Assembly (NCBI GenBank): GCA_020356005.1
Contig: CP070629.1
Span: forward strand, 1,981,490 to 2,030,188
Length of the DNA stretch: 48,699 nucleotides
Source: Thermoplasmata archaeon
GTDB lineage: Archaea > Thermoplasmatota > Penumbrarchaeia > JAEHCK01 > GCA-020356005
Reading direction: 5' to 3'
Every line of letters begins with the position of its first letter. Position 1 is the first letter of the stretch. A program made the translations under genes and the position numbers. The notes under the pieces were generated by a model. That model did not search any database and was not told the origin of the DNA. It was given only the letters and a program-made list of their open reading frames with translations. This document shows positions 16,985-26,100 of the stretch, in pieces.

Positions 16985-17004
16985 TCTTTTATTATTTTTT
17001 CTTT
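16985..17004 (+). terminator. oligo-T terminator candidate
   Basis: tcttttattattttttcttt starts 11 nt after the stop at 16974. Archaeal terminators are typically T-tracts. Confidence 0.3.
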
Positions 17005-17256
17005 ATAAACCCATTTTTTCATAATATTTTTAAAAATATACAAAATAATGATTCTTATATTAAAAAAATAATGAAAAGTAAGGGCGTTTTAAAAACAAAA
17101 TTATGATGATTATTTTAATACGGTGATTATACTTTTAATATTACAGTCCAGTTACTTTTATATAATACTAATTCATTCATGTGTTTACAAGTATATTAAT
17201 TTTAAATATTAATGTATAAATAAAAATAAAAATTCTTGTTCGATTGAGGTGGTTAC

Positions 17257-20200
17257 TTGGCAAAAAGTAGATTAGTAGTTGTATTTGTAACAATTGTATT
17301 GTTAATAACTGTCCTACCACCCTTTATCCCCGATGCACCGGTGAAAGGCGGTGTAACAAAATACGGTAACGGGGATCTGGAGGTAGACGGCGTAACACAT
17401 ACAATTGACATGGACGGCACTTATCAGCATGAAGGTAATCTGACCGTTATAAATAACGGGAAGCTTATAATCCGGGACACAATTTTTAACTTTTTAACAC
17501 CAAACTATGAGCGCCATATAAAAATAGAATCCGGCGGAACACTGTCCTTAGAAAATTCAACCATGACGGTTAATCTGGACTCTATCAACTTCCGGGAGAC
17601 GCTGGATATCGATGTAAGCGGCAATGGTAAGTTTGAAATGGTTGACTCATATCTTCTTTGTGACGGAATATTAGATGTGGATAACGGGAATGTCTACATA
17701 AGGGATTCTACTATAGCTAGAAATACCGACGATGGGGGGATAAATGATACCTGTGTGGATATTTCATTAAAATCTGCAAGTTATATGAAAATAACCGATT
17801 CCAAAATAAACGATTATCCTATATTGGCTAACATTACAATTGACGGTACTTCAACCTTCGTAGCAATAAACACCTATCTGGACATCGATTTTGAAAAGTT
17901 AAGTACAAAACCGAGCAGATTAGAGATTAAAGGAAGTGCAAAAGCCTATCTCTATGGTGTAACAACGGTTGAACCCACTAATTTTCCGCCCGATGCATCT
18001 GCAATTGCCATAACAGGGGCGAATGCTATTGCGGAGATATATAAATGGGTAGGCCTCAAGGTTGAAGACGCTGCAGGTATACCGGTTGGCGGGGCTTCCA
18101 TTACCGTTCGGAACCTTACTAAAAGCGAACCTGTAGGCACACCTCGCAGTGAAATTCTTGATTATATTGGTAGGACTTCCACAACGTGGAATGTAAGTGC
18201 TAAGGACGGTACTACTTATTTCCCGTTACGAACCAACATTCTCAGATATGGTGGAGGGGATCCGACCAATAATTATACCGGAACTTATAATGTAACCGCC
18301 GAGTTAGAATCTTATGAGCCCAAAGCCCAGGCAGGTTTGAGCTTCAGCAGTTATCCGCGTTTACTGGCAAGTGAGAATATAATAAACGCCACACTACTAT
18401 TTAGTGAAATTGTCCCACCGGATCTGAATAATCATTTTTCTGATCGTCCGCCAGTAAAAATAATGGGCAACACGAAATTTACCAAACCAGTGCAGATCCA
18501 GGAGAACATAATTATCGATGGCGGGACGCTGACTTTAGACGGTACTGATATGAAGTTTACCCAGGACGGCAGCGAAATGTTCTTTATATTCATCAAGAGC
18601 GGTGGAAAGCTCATTATTAAAGATTCTAATGTTTGGGATGCTAAAGGACTGGGATTTCCAATCTATAATTTTGGAGGTACAATAAGTGTATCCAATTCGA
18701 TCCTCAATAATAAAGGAACAATAATTGTACTCTCCGGGGGCGATTTGAATTTTGATGCCACAGATTTCACAGGCGATTTTTATGTAAAGAGCCAAGGTTC
18801 AAATGTGACCATCACAGATGACTCGTATCTGGAAACCAAGAAAGTAACATTTAACTCTGCAACAGTTAGAATAGAAGACACTATATTAAATGCAACAGAA
18901 CCTGTTAAAACAACTGATGTAATGTTCACTGCTATAAACACAAGTTTTACACATATTTTAGAATTCAACGGTAATAGTGAAGCAGAACTTATTAATGTCA
19001 ACAGTTCAAGCCTAAGTGTTAACGACAACTCAATAGTAGAACGAGGTTGGTGGTTAATAGCGAATGTCACCGATGGAGGCGACAATGCTGTACCCGATGC
19101 AACAGTCGATGTGTATAATTATACCCTTCCGGGCGGTGAACTGAAATTATACAGTAACGGAACCACCAAAGTAACCGGTCAGGCAATAATAAAAGTCATA
19201 GGTGAAATCATCACACCGACACAAACCCTGAAGGGCATAGAGCGCAGCTATTATCTGAATGCAACCTATAAAGAAAAAGAATATGTATCGGATTCAGAGG
19301 GTTTCTCATCACCATCAACGAATATTATGAAGAAGGTATCTTTCACACAACTACCTGATTTGAAGGTGGAGGGTCTGACCATCACCGGTGAGAGGACCGA
19401 AGGTAAAATGTTGAAATTCAAGGCCACCATCAAGAATATCGGAACATTTGAAGCCCGAGATATTACCGTTCGATTCCTGGTAGATAATGAGATGATAGTT
19501 GCCGATCAACCAATTGGATATCTGGAAAAGAATAAGGCAACATCGGTAGAAGCCCAATGGTCCGCCGAACTGGGAGAGTTCCCGGTATCGATTATGGTGG
19601 ACCCCACGGAATCCATTGGAGAAAGTGATGAATTTAATAATTATTATAATACCACTCTTGAGGTCCAGACTGGCGCACCTGATATTACAGTCCACGCCGG
19701 CGATATCAATTTCAATCCGGTGAAGCCTACACTGGAACAGACGATAAACATATCAATTGCTGTTGGCAACACCGGAGATACAAATCCAATACATTTCGAT
19801 GACAATGAAGTATATGTTGATCTATACCTGGGTGATGTGATACCGGCAAACAAGATCAAGAATACGACGACGATAACTTCCATCGAACCCAACAGTTACG
19901 CATATGTTTACGCCGAACTTACTTTCAATGTAACAGGTACCTATACAATCACAGCAATAGCAACAACCTCTCTTGACTCGGACATGACCAATAACATAGG
20001 TTCGGCCCAATTCACGGTATATGATTACGCAGATCTGATTTTAAAGGGTGTTGATATAACATTCTCTCCAGGTGCAGAGGTCGCAAAAGGGACCGAGGTT
20101 ACCATCTGGGCTGATGTATTAAATTATGGCGAATCTGCAGCACATAATGTTAAAGTGGAGTTCTACGAAGGCTCACCCGATGAAGGCTCAAGCACATTAC

Positions 20201-22809
20201 TTGGTTCTGATACCTTAGATATTGTTGAAGCGGGAGGCTCATCTGAAGCTCAATTTATATTTTCTCCATCAACTACCGGACCGCACAATATCTATGTAGT
20301 GGTTGATAGTATGAACACCACCAGGGAGCTCAGTGAAAAGAACAATGTGGCGAACAATACCTTGAGAGTATTGAAGGAGCCGGATCTTTATGTCGATCCA
20401 GCAAAGATATCGTTATACAGCAGTGTACCCGGCCATATTGTAGAGGACGAGATGATTACAATCACCGCCGATGTTGCAAATATCGGTGAGACCCCGGCAG
20501 AAAATTTCATGGTTCATTTCTATTACAAGAGCACCAAAACGGGACCAATAGGCACAGCTTCAGTAACAAAATTAATTGCAGGTAATACAACCACGGTAGA
20601 GATAAACTGGAATCCGCCGGAGGTGGGCTTGTTCAATATAATCGTCTGGGCGGATGCACTTCAGACTGTAGTTGAAGACAATGAGGAGAACAATCAGAAT
20701 ATCAAGATCATACAAGTTTACAGTAAGCCGGACCTTACCATGGACCCGGAGGACTTTACCACCGACATATCCGCGGATCCGGTTGTAGTTCCGTACTCAA
20801 AGGTAGTCAAGATCAACACTACGATTCGCAACCGCGGTGATACAGATTCGTCTTCATTCTGGGTACAGTTCTTCGACGGCAATCCTACCACCACCGGAAT
20901 CCAGATCGGGTTGAATAAACGGGTAGCCGGTATTCCCTCCGGCGAACTCCGGTCTGTAGAAATCGAATGGACTGCAATTCCAGGCGGTAATCACAATATC
21001 TATTTCCTTATAGATGCTTATAACGAAATCGAGGAGAGCAATGAAGGTAATAATTCCATGGTGTTAAACATTTATGTAGAAACAGTACCGGATCTCAAGG
21101 TTATGCCGGAGGATATCAACATCCTCGCGGGCGCTTATGGAAAGAAGGGTCAAGCCACCGATATTAATGTAACAATCCACAATGATGGTGATACTGATTC
21201 TGACGACTTCTATGCACAGTTCTTCCTCGGTGATCCGCTGCATGATACAACCTTTGAACTGCTTGAGAAGGTAAAAGTAACGGGAATTGCCGGCGGTATG
21301 GTAGGATACGCAGAGATAACCTGGACGCCAGAAGATTTCGGCATGCAGAAGATCTATGTGTGGGTCGATAGGGAAGAAACCATTTTCGAGCTCAGCGATA
21401 ACAATAATGTTGCAGGTAAAACATTTGAAGTACTGTTTTCAGCACCGGATGTTACGGCTTACGCAAATGAAATAAAGATTCTTGAAGCTGGAACAGAAAC
21501 ACAAGCAACATCCTATCAAACCGGCACCTCCTACATGTTTACCTTCAAAATCCATAATGTAGGCGATGAGACCATTACCGATTTCAATGTATCGGTTACT
21601 TACACCGGTCCGGGTGAAACTGGAGGGTTCTTGGGCGAAACTGAACATCAACTCATATCCAGTATAGAAACCAACTCCTTTGTTAACTTCGAAGAGGCCT
21701 GGACTCCAGCGTTTGATGGTTACTATGTATTTACAATAACTCTGGACAGTTCAGAACAATACCGGGAATATAACGAAACGGATAATATCATAACCACCGA
21801 ACCGTTGAAGGTAAATGTCAAACCCAATTTCTCCGTTATTAGAGCAAATGTTTTTATCTCGAACACAGAACCAAACATTGGCGAAATGGTAACAATCGAG
21901 ATCACTGTAACGGCTACGGGCAATTACTCAATAGGTGATCAAACACCGCCATTATCAATGACAATGACCGTTGATGGAACACCTCAGCCAACGGCAACTG
22001 CTACAATTACAAATGGACAAGCTGTCTTCACTTTTGAATGGACACCGGATACAGGGGGTTTCCCCATTCTTGAATTCACTATCAAACCTGATGACCGTAT
22101 AAAAGAAACCACAGATGCTGACAATACAGTGACTATAAATGATATCCTTGTCGGCGGTGCAGCCCAAGCAGACGATAAAGAGGAAGAGGGTTCCTCAATG
22201 ATGCTACTGATTATAATAATTATAATTATCATCGTGGTAATCGTGGTCCTGCTCCTTATAATGAAGAAGCGGAAAGGCAAGGAACCCATTGAATGTCCGG
22301 AATGCGGTGAAATGGTACCGGCAGGTGAAACGGAATGTCCGGAATGCGGTGCTGAAATTCTGCCACCGCCTGAAGAGGTGGAATGCAGTAAATGCGGTGC
22401 TTTGATAACAACGGAAGACGAGACCTGTCCGGAATGCAACGAGCCTAACGAGGCCTATGTGCCGCCGGTGGTAGGTGAAGGCGAGGAGGGAGTCGAAGGA
22501 GAGGTACCAGCTCCAGAAACACCCCAAGCTGTTCCTGGGGCGGCACCCAAGAAGGGTAGGAAACCCAAGGGAAAGGCGGCGGCGGCAGCCCCCGGGCCAA
22601 CACCCGCACCGGTACCACAGGCGGCTCCTGGTGCAGCACCGGCACCCGCGCCTGCCGCGCCCGGAATGCCTGAGGACGATCTGGCAGGCCTGGATGATAT
22701 AGAAATGATGGGAGAAGAAGGTGAAGGCGAAGCTGAATGTTATAAATGCGGCGCCCGTGTGCCTCTTTCCGTCCCGAAATGCCCCGTATGCGGTGCTGAT
22801 TTCGAATAA
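17257..22809 (+). CDS. giant type-I membrane surface protein GA1: signal/anchor, beta-helix-like repeats, 8 CARDB-like domains, TM, cytoplasmic tail with three zinc ribbons
   Basis: 1850 aa. TTG start preceded by GAGGTGG. N-terminal hydrophobic segment, then repetitive G-rich beta-strand motifs (NGKLIIRDTIFNF, GGTLSLENSTMTV, GGTLTLDGTDMKF). Eight units of about 110-120 aa begin with PDL/PDI/PNF and end in a ..NN.. motif. TM is MMLLIIIIIIIIVVIVVLLLIM. Ribbons are CPECG..CPECG, CSKCG..CPECN and terminal CYKCG..CPVCG. Confidence 0.85.
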   Translation: MAKSRLVVVFVTIVLLITVLPPFIPDAPVKGGVTKYGNGDLEVDGVTHTIDMDGTYQHEGNLTVINNGKLIIRDTIFNFLTPNYERHIKIESGGTLSLENSTMTVNLDSINFRETLDIDVSGNGKFEMVDSYLLCDGILDVDNGNVYIRDSTIARNTDDGGINDTCVDISLKSASYMKITDSKINDYPILANITIDGTSTFVAINTYLDIDFEKLSTKPSRLEIKGSAKAYLYGVTTVEPTNFPPDASAIAITGANAIAEIYKWVGLKVEDAAGIPVGGASITVRNLTKSEPVGTPRSEILDYIGRTSTTWNVSAKDGTTYFPLRTNILRYGGGDPTNNYTGTYNVTAELESYEPKAQAGLSFSSYPRLLASENIINATLLFSEIVPPDLNNHFSDRPPVKIMGNTKFTKPVQIQENIIIDGGTLTLDGTDMKFTQDGSEMFFIFIKSGGKLIIKDSNVWDAKGLGFPIYNFGGTISVSNSILNNKGTIIVLSGGDLNFDATDFTGDFYVKSQGSNVTITDDSYLETKKVTFNSATVRIEDTILNATEPVKTTDVMFTAINTSFTHILEFNGNSEAELINVNSSSLSVNDNSIVERGWWLIANVTDGGDNAVPDATVDVYNYTLPGGELKLYSNGTTKVTGQAIIKVIGEIITPTQTLKGIERSYYLNATYKEKEYVSDSEGFSSPSTNIMKKVSFTQLPDLKVEGLTITGERTEGKMLKFKATIKNIGTFEARDITVRFLVDNEMIVADQPIGYLEKNKATSVEAQWSAELGEFPVSIMVDPTESIGESDEFNNYYNTTLEVQTGAPDITVHAGDINFNPVKPTLEQTINISIAVGNTGDTNPIHFDDNEVYVDLYLGDVIPANKIKNTTTITSIEPNSYAYVYAELTFNVTGTYTITAIATTSLDSDMTNNIGSAQFTVYDYADLILKGVDITFSPGAEVAKGTEVTIWADVLNYGESAAHNVKVEFYEGSPDEGSSTLLGSDTLDIVEAGGSSEAQFIFSPSTTGPHNIYVVVDSMNTTRELSEKNNVANNTLRVLKEPDLYVDPAKISLYSSVPGHIVEDEMITITADVANIGETPAENFMVHFYYKSTKTGPIGTASVTKLIAGNTTTVEINWNPPEVGLFNIIVWADALQTVVEDNEENNQNIKIIQVYSKPDLTMDPEDFTTDISADPVVVPYSKVVKINTTIRNRGDTDSSSFWVQFFDGNPTTTGIQIGLNKRVAGIPSGELRSVEIEWTAIPGGNHNIYFLIDAYNEIEESNEGNNSMVLNIYVETVPDLKVMPEDINILAGAYGKKGQATDINVTIHNDGDTDSDDFYAQFFLGDPLHDTTFELLEKVKVTGIAGGMVGYAEITWTPEDFGMQKIYVWVDREETIFELSDNNNVAGKTFEVLFSAPDVTAYANEIKILEAGTETQATSYQTGTSYMFTFKIHNVGDETITDFNVSVTYTGPGETGGFLGETEHQLISSIETNSFVNFEEAWTPAFDGYYVFTITLDSSEQYREYNETDNIITTEPLKVNVKPNFSVIRANVFISNTEPNIGEMVTIEITVTATGNYSIGDQTPPLSMTMTVDGTPQPTATATITNGQAVFTFEWTPDTGGFPILEFTIKPDDRIKETTDADNTVTINDILVGGAAQADDKEEEGSSMMLLIIIIIIIIVVIVVLLLIMKKRKGKEPIECPECGEMVPAGETECPECGAEILPPPEEVECSKCGALITTEDETCPECNEPNEAYVPPVVGEGEEGVEGEVPAPETPQAVPGAAPKKGRKPKGKAAAAAPGPTPAPVPQAAPGAAPAPAPAAPGMPEDDLAGLDDIEMMGEEGEGEAECYKCGARVPLSVPKCPVCGADFE
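19351..22152 (+). other. array of 8 CARDB-like domains within GA1
   Basis: Units start at LPDLKVEG, APDITVHA, YADLILKG, EPDLYVDP, KPDLTMDP, VPDLKVMP, APDVTAYA and KPNFSVIR. Each has the ..V.N.G... and ..E.nE.NN signature. Confidence 0.75.
22198..22806 (+). other. GA1 TM helix plus cytoplasmic P/A-rich tail with zinc ribbons
   Basis: TM at 22198-22263 followed by KKRKGK (positive-inside). Cys pairs at 22294-22440 and 22738-22794. A P/A-rich tract (APAPAPAAPG) lies between them. Confidence 0.75.
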
Positions 22810-23129
22810 ATCAATCGCAATATAATTAAATTGAAATATATCACAGATTACAAAGCATAATGAAACCGTATGTATGTAAAAACCCGCCCGGGGCGCTAAC
22901 GAGATGAGCCTGGGATGGGTTTGACTAACAATTATGCACAATTAAGGTTATTTGGTATATTCGGTGATTAACACCTACCAATATTAATATAAAAATGCGA
23001 TATATAAACTACAGTACAAAATCTAGAAGACAACAACATGCTACGGGATTAGTTACTTTCTGATAATTGATTAAAATTAATGCCCTGAAAATTTCAATTT
23101 TGAATAATTTCAAAAAGTAGGTGAATTAA

Positions 23130-26100
23130 ATGAAGCAGCCTAAGTTTCATATAGGCGCACTGCGTAAAAGATTTTTCAATCGCGATACTCGTGCAGTAAC
23201 CGAGGCGCTGGGTACTGTATTTCTATTGGCGATATCTATCACTCTGGTTGGATTGGTATTTGTCTGGGTAAATTCGCTCGCCGATTTTGATGAAGGGCGG
23301 GCTCTGGCGGACCTGTCGATTTCTTACCAGGATGATGTCGTTTCAATCGAGCATAAAGGTGGGGAAGTACTGCAGGATGCCGAAACTGAGATTTTAATCC
23401 AGGTCGATACATATTTAACGCGTTACAGCATATCGGAATCAGAAGGAGACATGGCGGGAGATCTGGATTGGGGCCTTGGTGAAACCTGGAATAAAACTGT
23501 ATTATCAACACCAGACTCAGAGATCTATGTCGCTGTATATGATCTGAATACTAACACCAGGCTCATCGGCGAGACCGTCCAGGCCGGGGCAGGTAGAGCC
23601 CGGCTTGCTGACCTTTCGGTTCTGGCCGAAAATATCACATTTGAATTTTCAGGTGCTAATATCAGGAAAGATGATCTTGTCAATATAACCGTCAGGGTCA
23701 CCAATGAGGGCAGTGCGAATGCATATTACGTGCTCGTAAGATTTTATGACGGTGCCAATATAATCAGGAAGAACAACAGGGAATACCAGCTGGTTAATGT
23801 AACCGCCGGCGGCTATAATACAACCTGGATACACTGGTATCCCGATTCGTACGGACTTCATACCATTCATGTAAAGGTTTTCTATGAGTTCGGCGAGATT
23901 AATTATGCAAATAACTATGCCGAAAAGAACGCCAATGTGGAGGTTATTTTGCCGGAGGTGCACGGCTCCGACATGAAAATCACAACTTATGATATTCTTT
24001 TTGATAACAGCAACCCGACGCACGGTGCACTGATAAAGGTTACCATTCTGGTACATAACGAAGGAGACCGGGCGGTCACCGCGAAGGACGGTGCAACCCT
24101 GATCGTGCGCGATACACCGATTACGTGGAATCCCATCGATCCCCTTGCCGATAAGCCGGTCTATACCGACGGGGTGCATTTGAATAAAACCTTTTACAAT
24201 GTAACAATCCCGGTTTCAGGCTATACGCCGTATTCATTCTGGTGGAGCGCTATGCCAGGCGGAACCGTTCTGATATACGCCTTTGTGGATGCCAACAACA
24301 CCGTCATGGAAACCGAGGATACCAACGGGCTGTACGAGAGCAACAATCTCGCAATTCGTGCAATACAGATCCTGCCGAAGATTGTTCTCGTGGACGACGA
24401 CGGTGCTTCGGCAGGCAGCTTCGACGTCACATCCACCATGCGAGATTCTCTGACAGCATCCGGTGTGGTGTACGATAATCATTATGTAATAGGCTCGGAC
24501 GATCCTGCCTACGATACCGGCAGCCATCCGCTGAAGGATTACGATATTATTATCTGGATGACCGGCTACAATACAAACACGCTTACCCCAGCCAATATTG
24601 AAGCTATAAAAAGTGCAATGAAGAACGGCACGTACTTGTGGATGATATCGCAGGACGTTTTAAATGATACCGTAGCAACGCAGGGCGATCCCGTGGCCGG
24701 TGAGTTCGCATATGACTTCCTAGGTGTGGATGAATATACAATGACCGGCACACCTGTAGAATTATACGGTGTGCCCGGTGATGTGATTACAAACGGAACC
24801 TTGCTTAATACCACCGGTATTTTGCGTGGACAGGACAGAGGTGTCAATATTTCGGCCTTCAAATCCGATACATTAAAGGAGGATGTGAACGGAATTTTAT
24901 ACAATACAGTTGCACTGGGTCAGGACGGTAATATGTCTGTACGTTATTACAATGCCACCCACGACTTTAAGGTTGTATATTTCGGCTGGGAATTCGCATC
25001 GCTGGTTGATCCCACCGACCGTGCCGACCTGACTTTCAAGGTCCTACAGTGGTTCAACTGGACCATCTTACTCGGTACTGATTTCGCTATCGCCTCAGAG
25101 AAATTTTCGACCTTAACACCGCGCTATCTGGACAGGCTGGAGATCAACGCAACTGTCCGTAACAACGGTGCGGACACCGCTACCGTTGATGTGGCGTTTT
25201 TCCTGACAGGCCCTGACGGGGAGGAGGAACTCATTCCCAAATTCCCCGACAACCAGGCGAATCCTTATTCCATTACAATACCCGGTAACGGCGGCGAAGT
25301 CACCGTTGGCAAACAGTGGCTGGCCGTTTCTGTGGGGCTGCATAATTTCCGTGTGATGGTGGACCCGTACGATCTGGTTGACGAAGTTTCCGAGGCCAAC
25401 AACGATATTTCATACAGCAATCTTGCAGTTACCCAGCTGTTAATTCAATATACCATACTGGTGGTGGACGACGACAACAGCACCAATAACGGCGGGTTCC
25501 ATCCGAATGCCACAGCAGCTGTAACTACGGCGCTTGACAACATCGATTACCCCTTCGACTTCAGATCAGTAACCGGCGGTTTATCACCCGGGAACGGACC
25601 CACGGTGGATGTAATGAAGCATTACAACACCGTGATCTGGATAACCGGTAATGATACCGGTCCGACGCTCAACGGCAGCGACCAGCAAAATATCGTTGAA
25701 TACATTCGCGGTCTTTATTTTGAAGCGCAGTATTTGACAGACATTAAGGTGAACCTCTGGTTGATCGGCCAGCACATCCTGGAGGATCTTACGGTTACCA
25801 ACGCTACATTCATATCAGAAATCCTGCGGGTTTCGTCATTTACCTCCGATACAGGCATGCCCTCCACGCTGTACGGTGTTTACGATGATATAATCACCCA
25901 CGGGATACAATATGACACAAACACGCTCTATTCAGACTACGGCGATACGATTACACCAGGCGAAAATGCAACAGGAATTTTATACCAATCCCGTCTCGCA
26001 GGGACGTATAATTCTTTGAGATTTAACGATACCGAGCACCGGCTGATTTTCATGCCGTGGATTTATGATTTTATATCTACTCCGGCAGGCTTCCCCAGCG

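Noticed and set aside
22204-22941. 245-aa minus-strand ORF overlapping the 3' end of GA1.
   Set aside because: It is antisense to the conserved TM/zinc-ribbon tail. Its product is R/C/F-rich with no motif. It extends into the spacer only because stop codons happen to be absent.
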